50,644 bases of DNA, taken from NCBI GenBank assembly GCA_037385265.1, contig JARRNG010000007.1, positions 1 through 50,644 of the forward strand, in the 5' to 3' direction. Shown in pieces: positions 9,599 to 19,567 of the stretch (position 1 is its first letter; every line of letters begins with the position of its first letter). Origin of the DNA: Nitrospirota bacterium. GTDB taxonomy: Bacteria; Nitrospirota; Thermodesulfovibrionia; Thermodesulfovibrionales; JdFR-86. The notes under the pieces are model-generated. The model worked only from the letters and a program-made list of their open reading frames with translations. It was not told the origin of the DNA and ran no database searches. Made by a program: the position numbers and the translations under genes.

Positions 9599-10420
9599 AT
9601 GGACATCGTATTAAAGACAGAGTTGCCCGACATAGGGGAGCCCAGGCGCGGAAAGGTCCGGGACATATACGACCTGGGTGAGCACCTCCTCCTCGTGGTG
9701 ACCGACAGGGTCTCGGCCTTCGACGTCATAATGCCAAACGGCATACCCGGCAAGGGCAAGATACTCACGGCCATATCGCTCTTCTGGTTCGGCCAGATGA
9801 AGGATGTCGTGGAAAACCACATAGTGGCCACCGAAGTCCGCGATTTCCCGAGGGCCCTCCACAAATACTCCGACCTGCTTGAGGGCCGAAGCATCCTGGT
9901 CAGGAAGGCCCAGGCCATCCCCGTGGAGTGCATCGTCAGGGGATACCTCTCGGGAAGCGGCTGGAAGTCCTACCTGGAGGACGGCACGGTCTGCGGCATA
10001 AAGCTCCCCAATGGGCTCAGGGAATCTGACAGGCTCCCCTCGCCCCTCTTCACGCCGAGCACGAAGGCGGCCGAGGGGCACGACATAAACATCCCCTTCG
10101 AGGAGATGACGGGCTTCGTCGGCCGCGATACCGCCGAGACGCTGAGGGACACGAGCCTCCGGATATATGAAAGGGCCAGCAGCATAGCCGAGAAAAAGGG
10201 CATCATCATCGCCGACACGAAGATGGAGTTCGGCAAGGTAGATGACAGGATAATCCTCATAGACGAGCTCCTGACGCCCGACTCCTCGAGGTTCTGGTCC
10301 GCCAGGGACTACGCCCCCGGAAGGAGCCAGGACAGCTTCGACAAGCAGATAGTCCGGGACTTCCTCCTCACCCTGGACTGGGGCCCCTTCTCCCGGCGGC
10401 GAATCCGTGCTAAATTCTAG
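9599..10420 (+). CDS. purC: Phosphoribosylaminoimidazole-succinocarboxamide (SAICAR) synthase; C-terminus looks short and atypical
   Basis: [40 protein letters not shown] and [11 protein letters not shown] motifs. It ends ...[15 protein letters not shown]. Confidence 0.85.
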   Translation: MDIVLKTELPDIGEPRRGKVRDIYDLGEHLLLVVTDRVSAFDVIMPNGIPGKGKILTAISLFWFGQMKDVVENHIVATEVRDFPRALHKYSDLLEGRSILVRKAQAIPVECIVRGYLSGSGWKSYLEDGTVCGIKLPNGLRESDRLPSPLFTPSTKAAEGHDINIPFEEMTGFVGRDTAETLRDTSLRIYERASSIAEKKGIIIADTKMEFGKVDDRIILIDELLTPDSSRFWSARDYAPGRSQDSFDKQIVRDFLLTLDWGPFSRRRIRAKF

Positions 10421-10422
10421 GG

Positions 10423-10752
10423 ATGATACTTACCTCCGTAGAAGAAGCCCCACTGGTTCCAGTAAGCCACGACCCCCAGCTCAAAAAGAGGGTCCTTCTG
10501 GGTAAGGGCGCAATCCCGCACATCAAGGCCGTAAGCTACATAGAGATGAACCCCGGCGACACCGCCTCAAGCCACAGGCACGAGGACGATTACGAGTTCT
10601 TCTTCGGCCTCGGCGGCAGGATTGACTTAGTGGTGGAGGGCCGCGATGTGCCCCTCGTGGAGGGCGCCTGCCTTTTGGTTGAGCCCGGCGAGGTCCATTC
10701 AATAAAGGGCGCCGCCAGGGGCTCGCGGATGCTCTACTTCCAAACGGCCTAA
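10423..10752 (+). CDS. Cupin-domain protein
   Basis: 109 aa. SHRHEDDYEFFFGLGG...VEPGEVHSI is the two-motif cupin pattern. Confidence 0.7.
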   Translation: MILTSVEEAPLVPVSHDPQLKKRVLLGKGAIPHIKAVSYIEMNPGDTASSHRHEDDYEFFFGLGGRIDLVVEGRDVPLVEGACLLVEPGEVHSIKGAARGSRMLYFQTA

Positions 10753-10784
10753 GCCACCGAGAGCCGTTCTGTTATAATCCACTC

Positions 10785-11774
10785 ATGGAGGGCGCTCCGG
10801 TAATCAAGGTGGAGAACCTCGTAAAGAGGTTCGGCAGCATCGCGGCGGTGGACGACATCTCCTTCGAGGTCCAGGAAGGCACGATATTCGGCTTCCTGGG
10901 GCCAAACGGGGCGGGAAAGACTACCACCATCAGCGTCCTCTGCACCCTCCTTTCGCCGACATCGGGGAAGGCCACCATCGACGGCCACGACTGCACGACC
11001 GAGTCCTCGGAGGTGAGGAAGTCCATAGGACTGGTCTTCCAGGACACCACGCTGGACAAGGACCTCACGGCCTACGAGAACCTGGCCTTTCACGCCTACC
11101 TCTACGGAGTGAAAAGGAGCCAGATAAGGGAGAGGGTCGAAGAGGCCCTCAGGTTCGTGGACCTCTACGAGAGGCGCGACGACCTGGTGAAGAAGTTCTC
11201 GGGCGGCATGAAGCGTCGCCTCGAGGTGGCCCGCGGCCTCATCCACAGGCCGAGGGTCCTATTCCTGGACGAGCCAACCCTGGGCCTCGACCCCCAGAGC
11301 AGGCAGAACCTCTGGGAGTTCATAACCGAGATGCCACGCCGGCACAACGTCACCATCTTCATGACCACCCACTACATGGAGGAGGCCGAGGTCTGCCACC
11401 GCATCGCCGTCATAGACAACGGGAAGATAATAGCCGAGGGCAGCCCCGCGGAGCTGAAGAAGACCGTGGGCGGGGACGTCATCTACCTTCGCACCGCCGA
11501 CAACGAGGCCTCGCGCGAAATTCTAAAGAGCAGGCTCGGCATAGACGCCAGCATCAAGGACGGCGAGCTCTACCTCACGGCCCTCAAGGGCGACTCCTGC
11601 ATCCCCGAGCTCATCCGCACCCTCTCGGACAGCGTCCAGTCCGTGAGGCTCCAGAGGCCCACCCTGAACGACGTCTTCCTCAAGCTGACGGGCAAGGCCA
11701 TCAGGGCCGAGGAGGTAAGCGGGTTGGACACCATCAAGGAGACCGTCAGGGCCTACAGGAGGCGCCGTGGATAA
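10785..11774 (+). CDS. ABC transporter ATP-binding protein (ABC-2/DrrA-like exporter type)
   Basis: Walker A GPNGAGKTT, signature SGGMKRRL and Walker B VLFLDEPT. Confidence 0.9.
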   Translation: MEGAPVIKVENLVKRFGSIAAVDDISFEVQEGTIFGFLGPNGAGKTTTISVLCTLLSPTSGKATIDGHDCTTESSEVRKSIGLVFQDTTLDKDLTAYENLAFHAYLYGVKRSQIRERVEEALRFVDLYERRDDLVKKFSGGMKRRLEVARGLIHRPRVLFLDEPTLGLDPQSRQNLWEFITEMPRRHNVTIFMTTHYMEEAEVCHRIAVIDNGKIIAEGSPAELKKTVGGDVIYLRTADNEASREILKSRLGIDASIKDGELYLTALKGDSCIPELIRTLSDSVQSVRLQRPTLNDVFLKLTGKAIRAEEVSGLDTIKETVRAYRRRRG

Positions 11775-12561
11775 CAGGGGCTACGTGAGCCTGACCATCG
11801 AACTGAACGCCGTCTACGTCATCGTGATGCGGGAGTTCAAGAAATTCATCCGCGAGCGCTCGCGCCTTATCTCCACTGTGGCGAGGCCCATGATATGGCT
11901 CTTCCTCGTGGGGGCCGGTATGTCGAGGCTCGTGCAGCCCGCCGGCGGGATATCCTACACGCAGTTCATTTTCCCCGGCATACTGGGCCTCACGATCCTC
12001 TTCAGCTCTATATTCTCCTCGATATCCATAATCTGGGACAAGGAGTTCGGCTTCATGAAGGAGATTCTCGTGGCCCCGGTCTCCCGGTTCTCCATAGTGC
12101 TGGGCAAGGCCCTGAGCGGCACCGTGGTCTCCACCATCCAGGCGGCGGTGATACTTCTTCTCTTTCCCATCGTGGGGATGAGCCTCGACCCCGGGGCCGT
12201 AGCCGCCGTGCTCCTCCTCTGCGCGTTCACGGCCTTTTCCATCTCGGCCTTCGGTATAGTGCTCGCCTGCTTCTACGAAAGCTACGAGAGCTTCAGCGTC
12301 ATCATGAACTTCATCGTCATGCCCATGTTCTTCCTCTCGGGGGCCATGTACCCCGTGAAGCTCCTGCCCGAGGCCCTGAGGCTCGCATCGAGGATAAACC
12401 CCCTCACCTACGGCGTGGACGCCCTAAAGCACCTGATGTCCCCGCTGGAGGAAGGCCCCATGAGCCCGGACTTCTCCTTCGCCACCGACGTGGCAGTGAT
12501 ACTCTTCGTCTCGGCGCTCTTCGTGGCCGTGGCATCGAGGCTCTTCGAGAGAAAGGGTTAG
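11767..12561 (+). CDS. ABC-2-type transporter permease
   Basis: 264 aa with about 6 TM segments. Its start overlaps the ATPase gene by 8 nt. Confidence 0.8.
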   Translation: MDNRGYVSLTIELNAVYVIVMREFKKFIRERSRLISTVARPMIWLFLVGAGMSRLVQPAGGISYTQFIFPGILGLTILFSSIFSSISIIWDKEFGFMKEILVAPVSRFSIVLGKALSGTVVSTIQAAVILLLFPIVGMSLDPGAVAAVLLLCAFTAFSISAFGIVLACFYESYESFSVIMNFIVMPMFFLSGAMYPVKLLPEALRLASRINPLTYGVDALKHLMSPLEEGPMSPDFSFATDVAVILFVSALFVAVASRLFERKG

Positions 12562-13199
12562 AGCCCTCGGCGCTCCCGCTCCCATCTCTCCATTATCTCC
12601 ACGACCTCCTCGTCGGGCACGTCGTACCAGTTCTCGTACACCTGCGCCACGGCGTAGAAATGCGCGGGAGTCTCGACTACGACAACCTCGTCGGCGAGCT
12701 TTCCCACCTCCGAGGCGGTGCGCGCGCCCGTCACGGGGGCCGCTGCCACCACCCTTCCGGCCTTCCGGTTCCTCAGCAGCATTATGGAGGCCCCCATGGT
12801 CGAGCCCATGGCGATTCCGTCGTCCACCAGGATAACCGTCCTTCCCTCCACGTCCGGTAGCGGCCTGCCTCCCCTGAGGACCTCTATCCGCCTCCGCACC
12901 TCCCTCCTCTGCTCCTGGGCTATCCTTTCGATGGCGGTATCAGAGAGCTGGTATCGCGCGGCTTCCATCATGAAGACGCTTCCGTCCTCGGCTATGGCCC
13001 CGAAGCCGGACTCCGGATTGTCCGGGAAGGGGAGTTTCCGGGTGACGATTATCGAGAAGTCCGCCTCGAGGTGCCTCGCCACCTGGTAGCCCACCTCCAC
13101 CCCGCCGCGGGGTATGGCGAGCACCAGGGCGCCCGTGCCCCTGTACTTCTCGAGCTTCCGGGCGAGCCTTCTGCCTGCGTCGGTCCTGTCCCTGAACAT
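12558..13199 (-). CDS. Phosphoribosyltransferase-family protein
   Basis: PRPP-binding loop VILVDDGIAMGSTM. 213 aa. Confidence 0.75.
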   Translation of the reverse strand: MFRDRTDAGRRLARKLEKYRGTGALVLAIPRGGVEVGYQVARHLEADFSIIVTRKLPFPDNPESGFGAIAEDGSVFMMEAARYQLSDTAIERIAQEQRREVRRRIEVLRGGRPLPDVEGRTVILVDDGIAMGSTMGASIMLLRNRKAGRVVAAAPVTGARTASEVGKLADEVVVVETPAHFYAVAQVYENWYDVPDEEVVEIMERWERERRGL

Positions 13200-13267
13200 G
13201 GATTCCCTCTCTAGAAAAATCTTAGCCTACGGACGCAAAAAGTAAAGGGAGTAGTCTTTGAAGGCTT

Positions 13268-14962
13268 TCAGAGGCGGCCGGAGCGGATGATTGAGATGAG
13301 GAGCCAGATGCCAAGAATCACCGCGCCGAAGAAGGTCAGTATGCCAAGCACGGAGAGGCCCATTATCTTGGGACCCGTGCCGAGGGCGTTCATGATGGCG
13401 GAACTCAGTATTATGGAGCTCAGGACCAGGGCGAAGGCAATCCTGTTGCTTGAGCGGTCCATGTCCTTAATGAGCTTTTCCAGCCCCGTGAGGGAGTGCT
13501 TCAGGTGCAGGTCGTTCCTGATCTTGTTGATTATCTTTCTCGACTGTGTGGGGAGGGCCAGGAGGAAATCGCCGAGGTTCGCCACCTCGCTCGAGAGCCT
13601 GCCCACGAGCCGGGAGGGGCTGAACTTTTCCAAGAGAAGCTTCTGAGCGTAGGGCTCAGCAACCTCGATGAAGTTGAACTGGGGGTCGAGACCCCTCACC
13701 ACCCCGTCCAGGAGCATGAGGGTCTTGTTTATGAGCAGGAGGTCCGTGGGCAGGCTCAGCCTGTGAGTCCTGGCAAGCCGGAGCACGGTATCGAGGTACT
13801 CGGCGAGGTTTATCTCGCTTATGGAGACGCCGTAGAGAGGGTCCAGAAGGTCGATGAGGTCCGCCTTGAACTCCCTTCGGAAGTGCTCCACGTCGGCGTC
13901 CTCCGGCAGGTAGCCCAGCGCCACATAGTTGTCCACGAGCCCGTCGTAGTCCTTCCTGAGAAGGGCCACGAAGGTCTCGGCCAGGGTCTGCTTGGTCTCG
14001 TCGCTGACCCTGCCCACGATGCCGAAATCCATGAAGCATACCCTGCCGTCGGGCATTATGAATATGTTTCCCGGGTGCGGGTCGGCGTGGAAGAAGCCGT
14101 CCTCGAGCATCATCTTGAGGTAGGCGTCGACTATGGTGCGGGAGAGTTGCGGCTTGTCGAGGCCCATCCTGTCGATGTCCCCGACCTGGTCGACGCTCAC
14201 TCCCACGACGCGCTCCATGACGAGCACCTTATGGGTGAGGTATTCGTCGTAGGCCTTGGGGATGCAAACGGCGGGGACTCCCTCGAAGTTCCTCGCGAAC
14301 CTCATGCAGTTCCGGGCCTCCTGCGTGAAATCCAGCTCCTTGCGCACGGTCCTCGAGAACTCCTGCACTATGCCCGAGGGGTTGAAGAACTTGCTCTCGG
14401 GCATGTAAGTCTCCAGGAGCCTCGCGACAGTGGTCATGATGTCTATGTCGTCGAGTATGCGCTTTTCGATGCGCGGGCGCTGCACCTTGACTATTACCTT
14501 GGCCCCGTCCCTCAAGATGGCGTCGTGGACCTGGGCTATGGAAGCCGCCGCCACGGGCGTATCGTCGAAGTCGGAGAAGACGCTCTCCAGAGGACGTCCC
14601 AGCTCAGCGGAGATTATCTCCCTCGCCGCCGTCGCCGGGAAGGGGGGGACTTCGTCGAGGAGCTTCCTGAATTCCTCGGCGTACTCCTCCGTTATGAGGT
14701 CCGGCCTGGAAGAGAGTATCTGGGCGAACTTTATGAAAGTCGGCCCGAGCTCCTCGAAGGCGAGCCTCAGCCTCTCGGGAAGAGTCGGCCCCTTGGCCTC
14801 GGGCCACTGGCCCAGGGCCTTAATCCTCTTTCGAAAGGGGACGTAACGGCCAAGCTGTATCTGGTCGATTATCCTCCCGAAGCCGTGGCCTATGAATACG
14901 TTGAGAATCTGCTGGAGCCTCCTGGCAGACCTGTAAGTCTGTTTGAGGCGGAATATCTGCAG
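13268..14962 (-). CDS. ubiB: UbiB/ABC1 (AarF)-family atypical kinase with two C-terminal TM helices; the frame extends about 136 codons upstream of the ORF-track start
   Basis: The track ORF starts at GTG 14554 (..AAASIAQVH). The same frame stays open to a TGA near 14990. It encodes the conserved N-terminus ...LQIFRLKQTYRSARRLQQILNVFIGHGFGRII...ERLRLAFEELGPTFIKFAQILSSRPDLITEEYAEEFRKLLDEVPPF. That stretch has no in-frame ATG, GTG or TTG. Candidate starts are CTG 14962 or ATA 14974. Confidence 0.8.
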   Translation of the reverse strand: MQIFRLKQTYRSARRLQQILNVFIGHGFGRIIDQIQLGRYVPFRKRIKALGQWPEAKGPTLPERLRLAFEELGPTFIKFAQILSSRPDLITEEYAEEFRKLLDEVPPFPATAAREIISAELGRPLESVFSDFDDTPVAAASIAQVHDAILRDGAKVIVKVQRPRIEKRILDDIDIMTTVARLLETYMPESKFFNPSGIVQEFSRTVRKELDFTQEARNCMRFARNFEGVPAVCIPKAYDEYLTHKVLVMERVVGVSVDQVGDIDRMGLDKPQLSRTIVDAYLKMMLEDGFFHADPHPGNIFIMPDGRVCFMDFGIVGRVSDETKQTLAETFVALLRKDYDGLVDNYVALGYLPEDADVEHFRREFKADLIDLLDPLYGVSISEINLAEYLDTVLRLARTHRLSLPTDLLLINKTLMLLDGVVRGLDPQFNFIEVAEPYAQKLLLEKFSPSRLVGRLSSEVANLGDFLLALPTQSRKIINKIRNDLHLKHSLTGLEKLIKDMDRSSNRIAFALVLSSIILSSAIMNALGTGPKIMGLSVLGILTFFGAVILGIWLLISIIRSGRL

Positions 14963-14970
14963 AAGTGCGC

Positions 14971-15285
14971 TTATTTGGGCCCTCCGCCCTTCTCAAGCTT
15001 CTTTAATCTCGCCGAGAGAGCCTCCAAGTCGCCCTCTATGCGCTTCACGTCCTCTTTAGTGGGGAGGTTCATCTTATCGAGGGTCTTGGAGACTATTTCG
15101 CTGAAGGTCCTGTCGAGGTCGGCCGTGCCTTTTTCCGCTTTTTCGCTCCACTCCTTGACGAGCTTCGCGCCCTGCGACTCACTGAGCTCGCCCTTCTTGA
15201 CGAGGTCGTCCACGGTCTCCCTGAACTTCTCGGTGGCACCGAAGCCAGCGAGCATCATTCTCCTGATGGTCTCGAATATAGTCAT
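14971..15285 (-). CDS. Phasin-family-like small coiled-coil protein
   Basis: 104 aa. MMLAGFGATEKFRETVDDLVKKGELSESQGAKLVKEW...LPTKEDVKRIEGDLEALSARL resembles the phasin-type family that is often found upstream of ubiB. Confidence 0.55.
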   Translation of the reverse strand: MTIFETIRRMMLAGFGATEKFRETVDDLVKKGELSESQGAKLVKEWSEKAEKGTADLDRTFSEIVSKTLDKMNLPTKEDVKRIEGDLEALSARLKKLEKGGGPK

Positions 15286-15309
15286 AGAGAGCCTCCGCCG
15301 TTGAGTTTT

Positions 15310-17940
15310 CTACGCGTTTCCCCTGACTATATCGTATACTTTATCGAGGGCGCTGTCCAGCATACCCAGCTCCCTGGTGCCGCCCTGGGCCATGTCGGGC
15401 TTTCCGCCGCCCCGGCCCCCCGCCGCCTGGGCGACGGCCTTGAGGATGTTGCCGGCATGGTACTTCTTGGCGAGGTCCTTGGTCACCATGGCCACTATGG
15501 AGGCCTGGTCGTCCAGGCCTGAGGCAAGCACTATGACGCCCGAGCCTATGCGGTCCCGGAGGTTGTCCGCCAGGCCCCTAAGCCTCTTCTGGTCGAGCCC
15601 GTCGACCCTTCCCGCGACGACCTTCACGCCGTCGACAGTCCTTGCGTCCTCTATGAGTGGGGCAGCCAGATCCCTGTCCGCCGAGGCCCGGCTCCTCTCG
15701 ACCTCCCGCTCTAGCTCCTTGAGGCGCTCCTGCATCCTTCGGACCTCCTCCAGGGGCTTATCGCTCTTAAGCGAAGCCGATATCTCCCTGAGCGTGTGGC
15801 TCCGGTCCCTGAGGTGCTCGAAGGCCCTGAGCCCGGTGAGGCCCTCTATGCGCCTTATTCCGGAGGCCACGCTGCCCTCCGAGACTATGACGAAAGCACC
15901 GGTCTCGCCGGTGGCGCTCTCGTGGGTGCCCCCGCAGAGCTCGATGCTCACGGAGGGGACCGCGACCACCCTCACGCGCTCGCCGTACTTCTCCCCGAAG
16001 AGGGCTATGGCGCCCTTGGCGAGGGCCTCGTTGATCTCCATCTCGCGGGCCTCGACCCGGATGTTCTCCACTATCTTTTCGTTTACGAAGTCCTCGACCG
16101 CCTCTATCTCCTCCTGGGTGAGGGCCGCGAAGTGCGTGAAGTCGAACCTGAACCTGTCGGGCTCCACGAGCGAGCCGGCCTGCTTCACGTGCTCCCCGAC
16201 AACCGCCCTCAGAGCGGCCTGAAGGAGGTGCGTGGCCGTGTGGTTCCGCATCGTCGCCTTCCTGCGCCGGGCGTCCACCCTCGCGGTGAGCTTGTCCCAC
16301 ACCTTGAGGGACCCCCGCTTCACCCTGACCCTGTGGGCGTAAAGGCCCTCGACGGGCTTCTTGGTGTCTTCCACCAGCAGCATTACACCCTCCGAGGTCA
16401 TCGTCCCCGTGTCGCCCACCTGCCCGCCGGACTCGCCGTAGAAGGGCGTCCGGTCGAGGAAGACCTCGGCCCTATCCCCCTCCTTCAACTCCTCGACGAC
16501 CTTCCCGTCCTTGAGGATGGCCTTCACCGCCACCTGGGCCTCAAGCGTATCGTAACCCACGAACTCCGCCGGCCCCGCTTCGGAGAGGAGCTCCCTGTAG
16601 ATGGAGTCTATGGCCTCCTCCTCTCCCACCCAGGAGGCCCGGGCCCTCTCCCTCTGCTTCCGAAGGGCCGCGCTGATGCCCTCCTCGTCCATCAGGAAGC
16701 CCGAGTCCTGGGCGATGTCCCTCGTCAGGTCCAGGGGAAAGCTGAAGGTATCGTAGAGCTTGAACACCTCGCCCCCGGGGATGATCTTTTCGCCCGCGGC
16801 CCTGAGCCGGTCGAGCACGTCGTCGAGGATGCGCATTCCCTGCTCGAGGGTGTGTGCGAACCGCTCTTCCTCTATGCGGAGTATCTTGGACGACCTCTCC
16901 TTTTCGTCGCCGAGCTCGGGGTAGGTGTCTCCCATGGTAGCGGCTACAGGGTCGAGGAGCCTGCAAAGGAGCGGCTCCGAGGGGCCCAGGAGCCTCGCGT
17001 GACGCGCCGCCCTGCGGATTATCCTCCTGAGCACATAGCCCCTTCCCTCGTTAGAGGGCATGAGGCCGTCGGCAAGCAGGAAGGCGCATGCCCTCACGTG
17101 GTCCGCGACGACCCTTATGGAGACGTCGCTCTCGCGCGACTTCCCGTAGGGCACTTTCGTCAGCGATGAGATCGAGGAGATGATGTCCGAAAACAGGTCC
17201 GAGTCGAAGTTGTTCAGTTTCCCCTGGAGCACCGCGGATAGCCTCTCGAGGCCCATGCCGGTGTCTATGCTCGGCCTCGGAAGCGGCGTGAGGTTTCCGT
17301 GCCCGTCCCTGTTGAATTGCATGAAGACGAGGTTCCAGAGTTCGAGATAGCGGTCGCAGTCGCACCCGGGGCGGCACTCCGGGGTGCCGCAGCCCACCCC
17401 CTCGCCCTGGTCTATGAGCACCTCGGAGCAGGGGCCGCAGGGGCCGGTGTCGCCCATCTGCCAGAAATTGTCCTTGGCGCCCAGCCTGACGATCCTCTCT
17501 GCCGGCACACCCACCGCCTCCTGCCAGAGCCCATCGGCCTCGTCGTCATCTTCGTATATCGTCACCCATAGCCTGTCCTTGGGCAGCCCGTAGCGCTCGG
17601 TCAGTAGTTCCCAGGCGAACTCGATGGCCTCGCGCTTGAAATAGTCGCCGAAGGAGAAGTTTCCCAGCATCTCGAAGAAGGTGTGGTGCCTCGAGGTGTG
17701 GCCGACGTTTTCGAGGTCGCTGTGCTTTCCCCCGGCGCGGAGGCACTTCTGAGAGCTCGCCGCCCTCTTGTAGTCCCTGGTCTCCTCGCCGAGGAAGACC
17801 GACTTGAACGGGACCATGCCGGCGTTGGTGAAAAGAAGCGTGGGGTCGTGCCTGGGTATCAGGGGCGAGCTCTGAACGACCCGGTGCCCCTGGGAGGCGA
17901 AATAATCGAGAAAGGCCTTTCTTATCTCGGCGCTCTTCAT
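15310..17940 (-). CDS. alaS: Alanine--tRNA ligase
   Basis: 876 aa. N-terminus EIRKAFLDYFASQGHRVVQSSPLIP, editing-domain HTATHLL motif, and a C-terminal DHHA1-like GGGGKPDMAQGG. Confidence 0.95.
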   Translation of the reverse strand: MKSAEIRKAFLDYFASQGHRVVQSSPLIPRHDPTLLFTNAGMVPFKSVFLGEETRDYKRAASSQKCLRAGGKHSDLENVGHTSRHHTFFEMLGNFSFGDYFKREAIEFAWELLTERYGLPKDRLWVTIYEDDDEADGLWQEAVGVPAERIVRLGAKDNFWQMGDTGPCGPCSEVLIDQGEGVGCGTPECRPGCDCDRYLELWNLVFMQFNRDGHGNLTPLPRPSIDTGMGLERLSAVLQGKLNNFDSDLFSDIISSISSLTKVPYGKSRESDVSIRVVADHVRACAFLLADGLMPSNEGRGYVLRRIIRRAARHARLLGPSEPLLCRLLDPVAATMGDTYPELGDEKERSSKILRIEEERFAHTLEQGMRILDDVLDRLRAAGEKIIPGGEVFKLYDTFSFPLDLTRDIAQDSGFLMDEEGISAALRKQRERARASWVGEEEAIDSIYRELLSEAGPAEFVGYDTLEAQVAVKAILKDGKVVEELKEGDRAEVFLDRTPFYGESGGQVGDTGTMTSEGVMLLVEDTKKPVEGLYAHRVRVKRGSLKVWDKLTARVDARRRKATMRNHTATHLLQAALRAVVGEHVKQAGSLVEPDRFRFDFTHFAALTQEEIEAVEDFVNEKIVENIRVEAREMEINEALAKGAIALFGEKYGERVRVVAVPSVSIELCGGTHESATGETGAFVIVSEGSVASGIRRIEGLTGLRAFEHLRDRSHTLREISASLKSDKPLEEVRRMQERLKELEREVERSRASADRDLAAPLIEDARTVDGVKVVAGRVDGLDQKRLRGLADNLRDRIGSGVIVLASGLDDQASIVAMVTKDLAKKYHAGNILKAVAQAAGGRGGGKPDMAQGGTRELGMLDSALDKVYDIVRGNA

Positions 17941-18404
17941 CGTTTCGGCCCCTCGACGCCCAGCGACTCGAGGGCCTTTCTCGCCGTCGAGGCGGAGTGC
18001 CCCCTCCTCCTAAGCTGGTCGCCGAGCCTCCGCCTGGCGACGGCCGGGGAGAGGCCATCCACTTTCCTTCTCCTGTTTTCGACAAGCCTCACGGCGCTTG
18101 CGAGCTCGTCGTAGTCCTCCAGGGTGTCCTCGGCCACGTCCTTCGGTATCCCCATCGCCCTGAGGTACATCCACGCGCCCCTCCGCCCCAGGAGCTTAAC
18201 ATCCTCGGCTCTCCTCCTGAGGCTTCGCGCGAGGGCCCCGTCGTCAAGATAGCCGCCTTCTCTAAGGCGCCCCAACGTTTCTTCCACAACACGGGGGGCG
18301 AAACCTTTCTGGCGAAGTCTCTTCGAGAGCTCGCTCTCGCTCCTTCCGCGGTAACCAAGGAGCTTGAAGGAGTACCGCAGGGCCTTGCCGGCTTCCTCTG
18401 GCAT
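17937..18404 (-). CDS. recX: Recombination regulator RecX
   Basis: The internal start is [38 protein letters not shown] 18404 shares a base with the pilT TGA stop. The recX stop overlaps the alaS ATG as ATGA. The 249-aa track ORF is an artefactual 5' extension. Confidence 0.8.
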   Translation of the reverse strand: MPEEAGKALRYSFKLLGYRGRSESELSKRLRQKGFAPRVVEETLGRLREGGYLDDGALARSLRRRAEDVKLLGRRGAWMYLRAMGIPKDVAEDTLEDYDELASAVRLVENRRRKVDGLSPAVARRRLGDQLRRRGHSASTARKALESLGVEGPKR

Positions 18405-19567
18405 CACTTGCGGTCCGAGAACCTCTCTATCTTCATGCCGCCGCCCCGGGGACCTTCCTTGCCCGCGACTTCCTCTTCGGCGGCCTCGGTGGAGCTGGAG
18501 ACTCCCTTGATCTTGAGCTTGAAGTCCTCGACGTTCGAGGCCCACCTGAGGGCCTCCTCGTAGGAGACCCGTCCGGCCTGGTACTGGTCGAATATAGACT
18601 GGTCGAAGGTCTGCATGCCGTACTGGCTTTTGCCCTTGGCGAGGACGTCGGGGATGAGCTTGGTCTTGTCCGGCTCGAGGATGCATTCCCTGATCAGCCC
18701 CGTGGAAACCAGTACCTCCACCGCCGGCACCCTGCCCTTTCCGTCCGCCGTGGGCATCAGCCTCAGCGATATGACGCCCTTGACTATGGAGGAGAGCTGA
18801 AGGCGTATCTGATGATGCTGGTACGGTGGAAAGACGGACACTATCCTATTGACCGTCTCCGCAGCGTCCACGGTGTGCAGCGTGCTAAGGACGAGGTGGC
18901 CCGTCTCGGCCGCGGTCATGGCGATCTCCATGGTCTCGGGGTCCCTCATCTCTCCCAGAAGAAGGACGTCGGGGTCCTGCCTGAGCGCCGCCCTCAGGGC
19001 GATGGAATAGGTCGTGGTGTCCGTCCCTATCTCCCTCTGGTTGATTATGCTCAGGTTGTCCTTGTGGAGGAATTCGATCGGGTCCTCGATAGTGACTATG
19101 TTGACCTTCCTGTTGCGGTTGATATGGTCGACCATCGAGGCAAGGGTGGTGGTCTTTCCACTTCCGGTCGTGCCGGTGACCAGCACGAGCCCCCTTGGCT
19201 CCATGGAGATCTTCTCGAGCACCTTGGGAAGGTTCAGCTCATCTATGGATGGTATCTTCACGGGAACCACCCTGAAGACGAAGCCCATGGCGCCCCTCTG
19301 GACGAAGGCGTTGCAGCGGAACCTACCCATGCCCGGCACGCTGTAGGCGAAGTCGAGGTCGTACTTCCTCTTGAAGGCCTCCATCTGGTCCGGGCTCAGG
19401 ACGGCCAGGCATATCTTCTTTATATCCTCGGCCGTCACCCTCGGCTCCGATTCCATGCGCTCGAGGTTCCCGTGGACCCGCATTATGGGTTGAGAGCCGA
19501 CCTTGATGTGCAGGTCGGAGGCGTTCCGCTCTACAGCCATCTTCAGCAGCTCCGTTATTTCCCTCAT
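18404..19567 (-). CDS. pilT: Type IV pilus retraction ATPase PilT-family protein
   Basis: Walker [11 protein letters not shown], then [15 protein letters not shown] and [11 protein letters not shown]. 387 aa. Confidence 0.9.
   Translation of the reverse strand: MREITELLKMAVERNASDLHIKVGSQPIMRVHGNLERMESEPRVTAEDIKKICLAVLSPDQMEAFKRKYDLDFAYSVPGMGRFRCNAFVQRGAMGFVFRVVPVKIPSIDELNLPKVLEKISMEPRGLVLVTGTTGSGKTTTLASMVDHINRNRKVNIVTIEDPIEFLHKDNLSIINQREIGTDTTTYSIALRAALRQDPDVLLLGEMRDPETMEIAMTAAETGHLVLSTLHTVDAAETVNRIVSVFPPYQHHQIRLQLSSIVKGVISLRLMPTADGKGRVPAVEVLVSTGLIRECILEPDKTKLIPDVLAKGKSQYGMQTFDQSIFDQYQAGRVSYEEALRWASNVEDFKLKIKGVSSSTEAAEEEVAGKEGPRGGGMKIERFSDRK

Noticed and set aside
13496-15304. A 602-aa ORF on the plus strand, the longest non-annotated ORF in the track.
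   Set aside because: It lies entirely antisense to ubiB and the phasin-like gene. Its composition (G/E/P/V/H/L/R-rich, with no recognisable motifs) is typical of spurious antisense ORFs in G+C-rich DNA. The minus-strand genes carry clear family motifs.
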